A stretch of DNA of 62,405 nt, the filler included, from Choristocarpus tenellus KU-1152 (taxonomy: Eukaryota; Protista; Phaeophyceae): assembly GCA_964200185.2 (NCBI GenBank). It is 12 parts of 12 records of this genome, joined end to end, with 100 filler letters (N's around TTAATTAATTAA, not from the genome) between each part and the next. Parts side by side here need not be neighbours in the genome. Positions count along the whole stretch, not along the records: positions 22,827 to 27,907 come from CAXNAD020011939.1; positions 28,008 to 31,165 come from CAXNAD020021881.1; positions 31,266 to 40,682 come from CAXNAD020003689.1; 9 more parts are not named here. One strand, 5' to 3'. Shown here piece by piece: positions 25,996-40,100 of this stretch; position 1 is the first letter of the stretch, and each line of letters begins with the position of its first letter. The notes beneath the pieces were generated by a model. The model did no database searches. It had not been told where the DNA came from and saw nothing but the letters and a program-made list of their open reading frames with translations. Both the position numbers and the translations under genes were made by a program.

Positions 25996-27427
25996 GCTGG
26001 ACAGACGAGACCTTTCAAACAGCCTGTCGATCCTGATGACAGCGCATTAGAACCTGGCTTCCTCGATGACGTCTTTGCTTCTGCCAAAATGGGCAGATGC
26101 ACGGTACATCCATGTTCCCCCACATCGAGGGACAACGATGACAACCAAAGATCATCTCGTGGTGAGGAGGATTGTGTCACACAGGACACGGCTGACTCTG
26201 GCGATGCATCCGATGTGGTGATCACCGAAGCCTTCATGGAGGTGTGCGTCACCGAGCTCCTACAATCTGCAACGAAACCTGCTTCTGTACAGTATTGAGT
26301 GCAGACACAAATCCTAACCCAAGTTATCTACGATCACGGGTTCAGGCTCGTCAAGGCTGGTAACCGCTTCTCTTATTTTTGGGGATGAATGCTACTTCCA
26401 TGGGCCCACACAGGTGAAACTCGGCGATCGTGGAGGGAAGCCAGGCAACACGTTGCGCCCCGAGCATGTGGTAGCACTCCAGGGGAAGAAGGCTATCTTC
26501 TTGAGCCTCGTGAAGCCCGAGCCTTGGAATGCCAGGTACTCCACGAGCCTAAATCTGTGGCACCTTCTTGTCGAGGCATACCCTTTAGCTCACAGAGTGG
26601 TGGGAGAAGGGTGACGAATGCAATTTCGAGTCCGCCCAGCTATTGAAATAGGGCTTCGGTCGTTCCGGTTTTCTGTTGAAGTAAGGGTAGAGTTGCAGGC
26701 TGTGCACATTTTTGCATCAGTATATATTTCCATGGTGTCCGACTCTCATGTTCATGCACTTTGCATTCAACAAGTTGTGCATTTAGATATTGGAACAAAA
26801 GATACGTAGCTACCGGTCAGAATCGTCAGCGTATCATATATCATACTCACGTTGAGGATCAGACCTGTCTTATCATTTGTTTTAAAAAGCGTGTCTGCTA
26901 CAATGTTACAGCCCTAAAATATATACATCGATCAAACAACTCTTCTCCATCTGCGCGGCTAACCTTTCTAAACGATTCTCCAAGGGCAGCGATAAATACC
27001 CTGTCGTTCTGTGAGCCATTATTTATTCCTTGTACACGATACCGCACCTCCCCCCATTCTTTTCAATACTGTATGCACCACCTCTTGCTTTACCCGACAG
27101 TCGACGAACTAGTTTCGATCAAGTGTAGTCATTCGAATCGTAGGGGATCATATGCCTAACTAAGTCCACCCACGATGCCCCTAACCACAGCACCAGCCCA
27201 GAACTTGTGGAAGTGTACCTTGAACTACTTTCCTCGGAACGTACGACAATATTCCTTGACCAATAACCACTCGTACGCGCCAAGTATTCCGTCTACACCT
27301 TTTGCTGTACCTCATACCAACAACTTCAACCCTAACACCCTCAGCGACAACAACCACGTCTTACTGCATACATCCAACACATGCACACAAATAAACGAAA
27401 GTGATAGATTTAAACTGTGCAACAAAC

Positions 27428-27674
27428 AGAGTAAAGGGCACGAGTTTTGCCCTGCTTGTCCCTTTAGTGCTTGACTTCTAACCCTTTTTTATGACATTTA
27501 CCTACTCTGAAACGTTTCTAACTTGAAACATATATACGTTATGAAAAAGGTGCGTCCAGAACAACGATATTGACACTTGCTAACAAACACGATAGCCAAC
27601 TCTGCACTAAAATCACAATTTTGGTGTCTGATCCCCATTTCGACACCGCTCTACCCTCTAAGACACTTTAGCTC
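27428..27674 (+). mobile_element. MITE family 1, diverged
   Basis: CGAGTTTTGCCCTG...GATATTGACAC...TACCCTCTAAGACACTTTAGCTC. Confidence 0.8.
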
Positions 27675-28007
27675 CATATGTTTTGGTTCCTCGTGCACAT
27701 GTCGAGAGAACAGACCCAAATCGGCAATCCTCAATGTGTACGTTTCATATACAACCGATGCAAGCAAATACACGAACAGAGCAACCCCGCAGCAGATAAT
27801 ATTATTTTTTTCTATTCCTCATAAACAATGGGAAAACACACCCTAACCGACAACCCTCTTTGGGTGCTAACCAAATCCAAGTCATGCAGAAAAAAAAAAA
27901 TAGCCCTNNNNNNNNNNNNNNNNNNNNNNNNNNNNNNNNNNNNNNNNNNNNTTAATTAATTAANNNNNNNNNNNNNNNNNNNNNNNNNNNNNNNNNNNNN
28001 NNNNNNN

Positions 28008-28030
28008 CCCCCCCCCAGATACTTTGACCC
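28008..28030 (-). mobile_element. MITE family 2 terminus at contig start
   Basis: CCCCCAGATACTTTGACCC. Confidence 0.7.
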
Positions 28031-28279
28031 ATCTTGGTGAAGCAGGTGTCCCAGGAATCGGAAAAGTACCATCTAGAGGGCCACATCACACAGAGTTACG
28101 TATACTCTTCTTTTCACCGGCAACTGAGAGAAATAGGGAGAGAGAGAAACTCAGCAAGCTAAACTTGACCAAAAATATGTCGTTTTCATTGATTTCCAAG
28201 GCAGAACATACTCCTGTCAGCCTCTGTTTTTGTCGCAATATATAGTGTTATACTCACGTTAGTTTTTTTTATTACCAAA

Positions 28280-30155
28280 TGTTAAGAAATTTCCTATTTC
28301 TAGTTGGAAACAATCAATAATGAGAAGCATTATGACCTATATAAGATCCTCGGGACAATACTCAAGGCGAGAAGGTTTGCGAAGCTCTTTAGAAAGAGAC
28401 ATAGAACAACTGTCTTTGGTATACGGTGTCACAAAGCTGGACAGGAGTGAGGAGGTAATGGGGCCCCCTGTTGTGAAACTTGGCTCGTGTAAGGCTCGTC
28501 GCCGGAAGCTAGCTGTTGAATTTCATGGGAAAGCACACACTGAAATATATTTATTGTCCGCAGGGTATTGTTCACTTGGTGTCCAATATAACTATATTAC
28601 TGCTCTTATCCCACTATACCATTTGTAATGTCCCATTGGCCCACCATGATGTACTGCTGTGCACGTCACTACTTTGTACTGTACCGAACTAAAGATCAAC
28701 GTACATAAAACCTATAATATATATTTGATCAGCACAGATAGCGTAAGGATAACACTAGGTTATTCGACATCCTCCCCTTGCTGAAAACAAGTATTAACTC
28801 TCAAAACACAAAAAAATTAAAACACATATGTTGTCTCACATGTTCATCAAAAACTTCACATGTTGTCTAAAAACTCGAACTTGCAAATTCTTGATCAATA
28901 CATCTGCCCTCTGATTTGTAGTACCAACAAAAACAACACGATTCTCTCCTTTTTTTAGACAAATCTCCCCAAAAAACGATGTCGGACATCAATGTGCTTT
29001 GTTCTAGTAGAGCTTGTGGCCTCTCGTACTAGTTAGCATCCACCATCGTTGTCCTCAAACATGTCAATGCAACGCCTAGGAAATTGCGACTGAATAATCT
29101 CAAAAACACTTCACAAGAAAAGTAATTCCTGTGCCACACCACTAAGAGCTATGTATTCACTCTCTGTGGAAGACAGAGCTACAACTCTTTGTACCTTTGA
29201 CATCCAAGATATTGCTCCTCCAGTGTCACTGATCTACGATCATTCCAGTCTCCAGCATAACTAGCATCAGCATACGCACTCAACTCACACTCAGTATCAA
29301 AACCACCAAAACTCAACCAACGATGGGGCACGTATTCAAATATGCTAAAATACATTTCGCTGTATGCCATTGTGTGACTTTGGGATTGCTATTGTACTTG
29401 ACAACTTCACGAACTGCATTTGCAATGTGAAGCCTAGTCATAACAGATGCCCACATCAAACTACCAACTACCTCTCTGTACGGTGTATTTTCATCAACAC
29501 TTGGATAAGATCCTCACTCTTGTCTAGAGTCCTTGAGAGATAAACATCATGGCATTAAAAAGGGACTGATTAACAATGTCGATCACAATTTGGGACCATA
29601 ATGACCAAATAATAAATAAACAATCAAGAAGTACAAGTGTATCAAATCTCGAACTTCAACGTCATCATGGTGATTATGAAACCGCCATCAAGACATATCG
29701 CCTGTGACAATAATACTCAAGATCACCAAAGTCTTCTATGGAAAACTGCTTTTTAATCCTAGAGCGAACCCAAATCAAAACATCTATTGTACCAGCTATC
29801 AAAAGTTCATCTACGTGGGGGGCTATCACAGCATAAACAACGCCATCTCTTACATAGCGTAACGCACAGGGATCTGCTCTGCATTGCTCAAAACCACACT
29901 GTTCCAAAACGTGCACCAACAGATTATTAAACTCCCTGCTAGCTTGTTTGGTGCCATAAAGTGCCTTAACTAAACGCACAATCTTTCCTGACCATGCATC
30001 ACATTCATCACACAAGCGAACAAATATCTCTTTGCTAATATCTGCTTGTATGAATGAATGCTAGCTTTACATCCCAATGCTTCAATTCTCAATTTTGTCT
30101 GCAGCTAAAGCGAATACCATTTTCAAAGACGTAGATGGCGGTGTTGGTGCAAACA
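28280..30155 (-). mobile_element. Ty1/Copia retrotransposon 3' half (RT, RNase H, PPT, 3' LTR), decayed
   Basis: Minus strand: APTP...WDVK.AFIQA...RLVKALYGTKQASREF...DPC...HVDELLIAG; YADASYA; SSTESEYIAL; FEDN; RTKHIDVRH; QRADVLIKNL. Polypurine tract AAGGGGAGGA is followed by LTR start TGTCGAATAA at 28769; distal LTR end uncertain. Confidence 0.9.
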
Positions 30156-31265
30156 CAACCAACGGCACACACACACACACATACATATAATATATAACAA
30201 AAAACAGACTTGGAAAAGAGATACTCAGGGTGGTGAGGGATTTGTTCTGTTTTGTTATTTCAGTAAGGGCTAGGGTTTTATACTAATATACTTGCACACA
30301 CATGATGATGTCTATATATAATATACGCCCAATGTTAGATCACGAGATAAATCCTAGTGACTTCAGAAATAAACAGTGCAATATTAGTACCTCCGACCTA
30401 GAAATAGATGAAGAGAATTTCATGAACAGCAATCCTTTAATTGACACAATTCTAAGAGGCCTCCATTTTTTTCGTGATATAATATATACAAGAAATATAC
30501 AAAGAAATGAAAGAAGAAAAAGAAGGACGCGAGGAAGTTGTAAAATTATAAATGCCGTTTTGTGTGAATGATACCCTCACCAACCTACACCCACACCAAC
30601 ATACACCTCCACTAAGGTGTACACCCACTAAGATTTATCTCTGTGATCTACCTCATTTATATTTTGTATCCACACAGGAACAGGGTAACGCCCATGCCCA
30701 CACCCACTGCGATTTCCAATACAAAAATATTATTCTTCCGTTACAATTCTCACCTTGTTTTTTCTAATTTCCATTGACTACAAATATATAATACTTCGCC
30801 TTCCATACATCTACTAACATTCATCTCTGCCATCTACCACATACATTTTTTAATATCCACATAGAAATACCAGAGAGGAGGAATGGTCACACACAATAAA
30901 ACTTCTAACACAGAATATCATTCTTCTCCTTTACAATTCCCACTTTTCCCCCCCATTTTCAATTCACTATTTAATATAATGCCTCCTTTTGTCAAACAGA
31001 TTGAAACAGGTAGACAGATTATTCAGACTGAAGTAGACTGGGAAGACCCACAGGAGGAAGAAATTCGAGGGAGAGAAAGTAGGAGGGTGAGCAATCCCCC
31101 AGGAGGTTGTTAAAGTATCCCCAAAATCATCAAAGAACATAAAGGTGATAAACCTGGCGAGATTGNNNNNNNNNNNNNNNNNNNNNNNNNNNNNNNNNNN
31201 NNNNNNNNNTTAATTAATTAANNNNNNNNNNNNNNNNNNNNNNNNNNNNNNNNNNNNNNNNNNNN

Positions 31266-31430
31266 GGGATGGCTGGCGATCAGTGGCAAAGGGCATTTGC
31301 ACTGGTTGGTCATCAAATGGGGATGGCTGGCAATCAGTGACGAAGGGCATTCGCACTGGTTGGTCATCAAATGTGGGATGGCTGGCAATCATTGATGAAG
31401 GGCAGTTGCAATGGTTGGCCATCAAATGGG
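31266..31430. repeat. ~55-bp tandem repeat x3 at contig start
   Basis: GGGATGGCTGGCRATCA...GGTTGGYCATCAAATG repeated. Confidence 0.85.
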
Positions 31431-32864
31431 GAATAGAGAATAGAGGAATGGCAAATTAGGAATGAGCAAATAATAATAATAATCCAGAATTCGTGAGCAA
31501 AACAAATATATATTAGTGTTCTACAAATACTGAAAAAATAGATACAATTGTGCGTGATGGTGAAAAGAATCGTTGGCATGTATAAATCTGTATGAAAATG
31601 CATTTTTCTATGCGTTGTATGATACAATATGATATTGGTGATTTTTCCAACATTTTGTTGGATACATATATTGTTATGCTTTTGACATTTTGCGCATGTA
31701 TGTCGGGAAAAGGTCAAACCAAGATTACAGCCCTTGTAATATTACCAGTTGTTGTAAATGTGAAAGTTAAATAATATCATTAGTAGGTTAAGGAGGTGAA
31801 ATATAGAGATGCTCTTCACCATTAAGTTCCAAGTGGCTCATCTTCGTTGAATGAAACTTCCACCGTTCTCCATTGGTTACAATCGCTGTTTGGGGCAGTA
31901 GGATCATGGCAATAGAGCACTAGACATGTCTACTTAAACTATCACAATAGTTAAAGGGTCAAACGTTAACATTACAAAAAAAATAGTAAAATAAAATTAT
32001 ACGAACGAAAACTCTCAAGTAAAAGAGAGAACGAACGGCCAGAGTAGCCTCTCTTCTCTAGTAGTCTGCACAGAACAGAGCATATACGAGGTCAACAGTG
32101 TGATCAGGGGCCAAAGAAAAAATCTCTTGATCGGCACCAGCGAGTTTCATCTACAAAATTCATTACCGCACAAAATGCTCCGATAATCTGCATATCTGCA
32201 TAGTCACGATACACATCTATCTAGCAGAGCATCAACGGAGCTAATCTTCCCCACGAGATTAACACAGATTTGCACAACATAAAGTTAAGTTGCCATAGAT
32301 GAATCCCTCGAAACATAGACAATTCTTCTATCATGTCACTTTCACTATGGCAATAAAAACTCCTACACCCAACCAAAAACGAGTTAACGACATATTACAT
32401 AAAATGGAACTCAGCTAACCCAAATTATGCAATTGAATGGTGCAAGTCTTGCTTCGGACCCTGACTCGCGATTCATGTCAGAAAATCAATAGTTACCTGA
32501 ATCAAGCCTAAGACACTAAGAACATACCAACAACATACCCCATTTGCAATTCTATAAGTGACTGGGTAAGGGATCAAATAAATTTCGGTTGGCCTCATTT
32601 GACAAAACATAATCCGTTCCTAACTCCTCCCTACCCAGTTTAGCGATAACAAAGCTCTCCTGTCAAATCGGATGGACTACAGGAAACATACGCAGAGTAA
32701 ACAAGAGTTGATCCCGTGAGCCACGTCACCTTCGACCTGTAATTCCCCCTTCTGCCTCAACTGCAATGACAGTAAATGTTTGTTAACACCGAAGAGTTGC
32801 CCATCTTCTATGCACCCATTTGAACAACTCTAGTGATAGTTATACTCTTGCTCGAGATCCCTAT

Positions 32865-35800
32865 CTAATCATCCTGTTTTTTTCTCCAAACAACTCTCCT
32901 CATGAAGCTCCCATCCACAATGTCTACACCAAGTACTGTTTCCTGCAGTTGCATTTTGCGACTGAAGATTGCACTGATCGTGACCCATGTTTGCCACCAA
33001 ACCGAGAGCACTAGCAGGAGGTTCACCAAGACAAGAAGGACTGAGTAAATTATACCACTATCTGAGTCTGGAGAGGCCACTTCGGCCTGAATCATGAGTG
33101 CAAGAAAGTTGGTGAAGAAGATCACCATACAACCCTGGGAGATCCGTTCAAATCGGGGGAACAAAGGGAAGGAAAACATGAACGTAGAGTAGTAGGAGAT
33201 GATGGATTACATAAAGGATGCACCCATTGTCACCCAAAAAGCATGTTCTCACTACAATATACCTTCCTCGTAGCACATGCTCGTTATGGTTGTTTTGTAC
33301 TACAACATACCCCCAGGTAGTGTGAGACCGAGCAAGATGTTGATTTTCTACGATAATATTTGGTGTGGAAAATAATTTGCATTGTGTTGTTGTGGTCCAC
33401 GAGAGAGGGAGGGGGGGAGAGAGCCTGGCGTATTTACTTATTCATTTCGGAACACAATTTGAATGATGACATTCCAGGTACATGTTAAATTGAGTTCATG
33501 GGGGCTCTCATTGCCTCTTTTGCCAAGATACCTGGAACAGATGATAACACACGATGAAAAGACCTTGCTATGTGGGCACCAATCCGATGCCACCAACTTC
33601 ACCTTCAGGGATATTTCTCAGCAGGAAATGTGTTACCATGCATACGCTGCGGTTTCCCGAGTGAAAACTTGCTCTGACTTGTACTATGATTTTTCTGGGC
33701 GAGATCTGACTAATTTTGCATACAACCGATTTGTGATATACTCAGAGTACTAAGGTGAGTTGAAATCAGGCACTATCCATGTACGTACATCGAGGGAGTT
33801 AAGGTTTGAGTGGAAGTAGCTTAGAGGGTACAGGTTTTGCCCTATTTATCCGTTTGTGGCTTGACTTCCCACGGGTTTTTACGACACTTCAACTACTCCG
33901 AAATGTTTCAGAGTAGGTAAAATGCACACTTTATGAAAAGGTGTGTCTGGGACAAGAATATTGACACTTCCTAACAATCACAATAGCCAAAATTACATCA
34001 AAATCGCTACATTGGATTTTGGTCCCCAAACGGACGCGGATCTACCCTCTAAGATAATTTGACTCCTTTTGTCCTTTGTCTCATATGCTATAACCGAAAA
34101 CCAGTTGACACAGGTGAACATTCCAATCGAGTTTGCTCACACACGTCTTCAAACCTCCAACTGCAAACTTGACATAGGTCTCCAAGCGCATACCAAGATC
34201 TGCAACAACACTAACTGTGCACGTAAGCCACCAACTGCATGCCTCCAAGTCGGCATAAAATTGCACTCACCGTTCGGTACAGGGAGCGGTCCACAGGATC
34301 CAGGTGAGGTTTGAGAACCTCAAAAACAAGCAAGCTGTACAAAGATGAGTCCACACATGTTTGCCGCAGGAAACAAACAAGGAATCGCACATTTTGTAGA
34401 GAGAGGCAGGGATGAGGTCCACACTCTACAAAACAAAGTAATACTACCTGCCATTCCCCTCGAATAAGGAACGATTCTGAGAGCAGATGGCCCATCATCT
34501 TCGAGTCAGAGAAAACCAATACACCATCGTTATAAAGCGAAAAATATTTTTTCAATGAGTGCATGAGGATGGATCAAATAGTTTGCAAAATCCCTTTATG
34601 TGTTTATGTGATAGCCTCACAAAATGAATATGGTAAAGAATCTTACGGGATACGAATAAAATACCTACAGTGGTGTTACATGTACCTTTCCTAGTTAGAG
34701 TGTAGGTTAGTCCTTATATGATGCTGGGTATAGGGCGCGTAAAATTCTCTGGCATTTACTGAGGTAACAAGTATTCTGGTTTCATAACTATCCATAGCAC
34801 TTTCCCACTTCGAAGTATCATGTATCCGAGAATTACGTAGTAAGGAATAAACATATTTTACCAAAAATCATTTTCTTCCTTAAATACACATTAGCTCAAG
34901 CAAGGGGTATGCTGGGGTATGACAGTATTGGTAGTGGGAGTGAGGTGCGCAAGCAAGAAATTCGGCCTCCTTATAATCCAGAACAAGTGAGACGGTGAAG
35001 TAAGGTTCCTCTCAAGCATTTCGAGTGTGAGAGAAGAGGCGTTTCTTGGATAGTAATCGGCATTGTTCACCTCCTGTCAGCATACAATGCAGATCGAACT
35101 TCATATGAGTAAAATATTTTTTGGTTTTGCCAGGGCTCATCATCATAGAGACAAGGTAGCAGACTGTTGGGGTCCGCTGAGAGTTTTCCAACCGGCACAA
35201 CACCTAAGCTCAATGAAAAATGTACATATATGTAGCGTACTCTTGGTTCATTGATAATCAATTTGCAATACTAACTGGGATCCCCTTTGCTTTAATTTGA
35301 TATTTCGAAAGGGAAATTAATTGCTGCGTACTTTGGCTTCACAAACACACTTTGTAGCATCTACAGGAGACAAGCTGTACCCTAACTGGCCATGATTGTA
35401 CAGAGAAGAATCACAGCAACCATTTCCAAACCTGAGGAAAGCGAAGATACAGCCGATGGCTACCTGCCCCGGTGTGTTGGGTAAGGTAAAGACCAGGATG
35501 CTGGTTAGGATTAGCCGGCGAGCACACTCCACCACCTGAGGAAGATTATGGTGCCAGTGGGCGCCAGGCATGTAGAATTAGGTATAATGCAACTACATTA
35601 ATGCTCCAAACGTACTCTGGAGTGCACATAAACTATTTCTAGAGCTTGCCAACGAACGTACAGCGAACTGCGGCAGTGCACAGCAGAAATCCCGTGTTTT
35701 CTGCAGTCCCCACTTTCATTTTTTTTCACTTCTATCTCAAGGTTATTTTTTACACGCATCATTGGGTTCGGGTTCGGGTTCGGGTTGGAATTAGATTCTC

Positions 35801-37150
35801 GAAAATGAGTATGAAAAGGTGAACGGTTGTTGATCCTTGAGAGGTAGTGGTTCCTCAGTGCACACAATACTCCTTTACCATTTCTAGAATATTTCCTCGA
35901 GTGGTGAAGGATATTTTTCACACAAAAGTTAGCGATAGGGTTAGGGTTAGAGATAGTATTAGGCTTTCAAACATTCACGCGAATAAGAGAAAAAGTATGA
36001 CAGTTGGGGTTTCCCAAGGACAGTGTAGGCTCTCGAAGACAGGGGATCTTCCTTGTCCACTGCAATGGTGAGGTTGTGGGGTGCTGTCCCTGATCGATTA
36101 AATGTAAAAAATCGGCACCATGAACCACGGTATTTTTCTGGCATTGTTGGTAAGGACTGAGTTAAAGAAGGCAGAAAAGAAAAATGACCTTTATACAACT
36201 TCACACGTCTCACTGGAAGTGAATTTGATTTTCAATTGGTCTGCTGGAAGACTCACATAATTTAGCTCTGACAATTCTTCACCTTGGGAAACATTCTGTC
36301 AAAACCACAACCTTGTCACCATTTACTCCATTACTCGTTCGTGCATTTCAACATTCAAAATAAGTCTATTTAGGTGCTCATGTTGAATTGCGATTACATT
36401 GAAGAGGTCAAACACAATAGTGCACCATCTAGCGCTTTGACATGTATCCAAGGTGACACAGTAAACACGTTGTTGTTGTTCCAACATAAGAACTACGTGA
36501 GGTAGCACATTGGATATTAAGGGGTCCACATACTGAAGCCAGTCCTGCCAGATTCGCCTATACAAAAATCAAATCAGTTCCTGGATTATAGCACGTCACC
36601 ATTCTGGGGGAAAAGAAAAATATTGTTGAGTACTGAAAGAGTGCTATTTGCGAAATAGTTTGAGGGTCGTTTGCAAAGATGGAGCTGACCATGTACAAGT
36701 ATTGCTCAATTCAAGAGAGTTGAAGCGTTGTAGAGGACCAATACGTCGTATCACTGCCAAGAGATCAAACCAGAATAAACATTATTCACTTCGGCACATC
36801 GATGACTTTCCCTGTCCCTAAATTAAACTCCAAATAGTTCGGACTACCTTCTTTGCACTTATTCTTAAGACACCTTCCTTCCTTCATAAAAAATCAGTTC
36901 TTTGCCTGGTTTGGCATGTACTCCAGAGACATATAATGCATTTTATCTATGAGGTGAACGAATGACCTTTGATGCTTTTAATAATAATATAAAATAGTCA
37001 TACTCCAGGGTGCCTGAAAGAGGAAAATGCTGCTGAGGAGAAGGTCCAAACTTCAACCTGCACAGTGTAAATTACCAACCACTCTGGAGTACAACAATAT
37101 TCACAGACACTAGTAAATTCGAAACGTGGAGTACTTGTAAAAGGTGATGT

Positions 37151-37193
<43 letters not shown>

Positions 37194-40100
37194 GAAAAAG
37201 TGAATTGCATAGCTTACTGAAGCTTTCGAGGGAGGAGTAATGTGATCATGGAATAAAGAATATATCATTCAGTTGACACGTGGTATGATGGGAGAAGGTA
37301 TAAGGCTAATTACTGACTCGATAGAAACTACTACTCATGAATCGGTCTGAAGAAGGTTGGGGGGAGGGGCAGGAAAATGAGGTTGAATCCAGCGGATTGC
37401 TGATTATGGAAAACCGCAAATGTAAGAGTTGATACTCTTAGTGCCAGAAATATACATTACAGTACAAAACAGGTACTCCGGATAACTTCTTAAATGTAAA
37501 GTGAGGTTAGTAAACATAGGTGAGTGAAATTATCTTAGAGGGTACGAGTTTTGCCCTGTTTGTCCATTTGGGGCTTTGCTTCCCACTGGTTTTTAATGAC
37601 ATATTATGTTAGAACACTAGTCTGAATGGTTTAGAGTAGGTAAAATGTATATGTTATGAAAACGTGTGTTCGAGACAAGGATATTGACATATATTCGTAA
37701 ACTCAAAACTTGGAGTACAGAGAAGGTGACGTATAAATATATATATATATATATGTTGAGAAAGTGAATTGCTCAGCTTACTGAAGCTCTACCTGAGGGA
37801 GGAGCACTGCGATAACGGAATAAAGAATATATCATTCAGTTGACATGTGGTATGAGGGACAAGGTATAGGGCTAGTTGATGACTCGATATAAACTACTAC
37901 TCATGGAATCGGTAAGAAGAAGGTTGGGGGCAGGGGCAGGAAAATGAGGTTGAATCCAGCGGATTGCTGATTATGGAAAACCGCAAATGTATGAGTTGAT
38001 ACTCTTAGTGCTAGAAATACACATTAAGGTACAAAATAGGTACTCCGGATAACTTGTTAAATGTAAAGTGAGGTTAGTAAACATAGGCCGTACTACGGTA
38101 GTATCTTGTTGGATGGATTTTACTCGTAGTCTACATTTCACAAGTTGAACCGAAACAATCCTCATTGATTGTACTCAGTTATATAGTCATTGTTGATCCA
38201 GCCTGAGCCAAGACGTCTGTTATTTCATCACACAAAATTGTTTTACTGTAAAATCATCTGTTGCAATGGCGTGTTCCATTCAAATCACACCTATATTTTG
38301 AGTAGTTTCAAGGACTGATGAGTTAGCTGGGATTTGAGCTGTTCGTATGTCCTCCCGACATACCTTTATCAGTGGGCAAAGACAGAGCTATTTTACTGTG
38401 CCAAAACAAACAAGGTGCTGAATAGCTAATCTATGAACTTACAGCAGAGTACTCTATTAATATAACAGCACAATCCTCTTCAGGTGGCATCTTCCGAGTG
38501 ACAGTAGTGCCAATTTGATGTAACTTGGATTCCACATTATTTGATATACAGACCAAGAACTGTACCTCTACCTTCCACTCCATGTCCAGATTCTTCGGCA
38601 CAAGCCTTGAACATATAATCTCGCTCTTATATTGTCAAATGTATTTGTCCCTCTATGTGCAAATATATTAGTAGAAGAGTAGGATTTTTCCTTCTCATGT
38701 ACTCGGAGTATCTTCCATTCCAGTGGCCATGAGCGCACATCGACAGACGCGTATGCCGATGAAAAAAATTATATAACCCGTAGGGACCTCACACCACCAT
38801 GGAGGGGAAAGAACACACTATAATATGTAGTGGCCAAACTGCCTACCGTATTTTGTGCAGTAGCTTTACTACCTTCTGTTATTTAAAAAGACGCTTAAAG
38901 TATTTGGGGGGAGAGGGTTGCGCCTGTCTATTTGGGATCAATTTTTTCATGTCGTGATTTTTGGGTGATTTGGTTGCATACGTCGGATGGATCATGTAAG
39001 AGCATTTTTTCTGGTTTAGGGCCAAATGTACTCCTTGGTGTACCCCCCTCACTTTGGGTCAGAGTTTATGTCGACCTTCAAATGTAATAATATATAGATT
39101 GCATGCAATACACTCCCTTTGCCTCATACCTCATAGTAGTATCCCCCAGGAGAGTATGGCTGCCATAAGAAGGATGTCGGGGCCACATTCTTGTCATTGC
39201 TCCGCTGTGCCAATTGCTTTCCCTGCCCCATCAAAGAAGATCGAGAGATGAAGACGGGAATAGAGCTGGAGTGAGGGAAGGAAAAAGCAGGGGGTTGAGG
39301 TAGAGGTCTTGCCCAAAGCAATTCTTGTGCAGTTACCTCAACATACTCCTTTCCCATAGATATGTCTTCTTCATCCACAGTGGGGTTGATGAGACCCTTC
39401 TGCCTCCACAGAACGAATGCAAACAGAGCAGGGATTCCAATGGGATCTGGAACGAGGTAGGAAGAGAGACAAGACAAATTGTGGCTTAAATGATCGATTT
39501 TTCTTTAGGTTGACACCCTGTTTTACACATTGTAGGTATTGCAATCCTCGGTACCAAGCACAGTGGACAGATTTCCCATGCAAACTCTTGCCAACGATAA
39601 TCTGGGCGATAATTGCACGTAATATTTAACAGGTTACTTACAGATGAAAATCATGATGACTGCAAACAGGATGTACCTCGAATGCTCCGCTGCATGACAG
39701 CTGATTCGAAAATCTGCCCTGAGGTAACTCTCTCCCACATCAGTGAGTTCCTCACAAGCAAATGTCTGGAAGATCTTGTCTCCCAGAAAAAGTTTATTAC
39801 AGACGCAGGTGAGTGTGGTTGATCATGTCAATGTATGAAAAAATCGATAGTTGACTGTTGCAACAATCAACTTTCGTGTATATGCAGTGAAGAAGATACT
39901 ACAAGTAGTTGGAGGAAGGGCAATGGACAAAAATGGGTATACCTGTGCAATGTGGAAAACTAATTGGATAATGAGCCCAAAATTGCACAGGCATACCTGT
40001 TCTTTTCCACTGCCCTTTGAGAAATCATACAATATGTTGAGTATGGATGAAATTCGGTTGAAGAAATTGAAGTCCCACCGCTTGTGCATTCTCTATGAGC

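Larger units (their letters stand above)
22950..26700 (+). pseudogene. GC-rich decayed gene or transposon ORF: possible CENP-B/Tc5-like HTH followed by a coding tandem repeat
   Basis: LEGVV/AYLRRMHTKNVLIKGAVLEDAVQVMKDL resembles HTH_Tnp_Tc5; candidate splice sites AAG|GTAATC (~23325) and CACAG|GTG (~23447); in-frame stops; long ORF 25426-26298. Confidence 0.4.

Noticed and set aside
25347-26252. 301-aa minus-strand ORF
   Set aside because: Antisense shadow of the GC-rich plus-strand coding repeat
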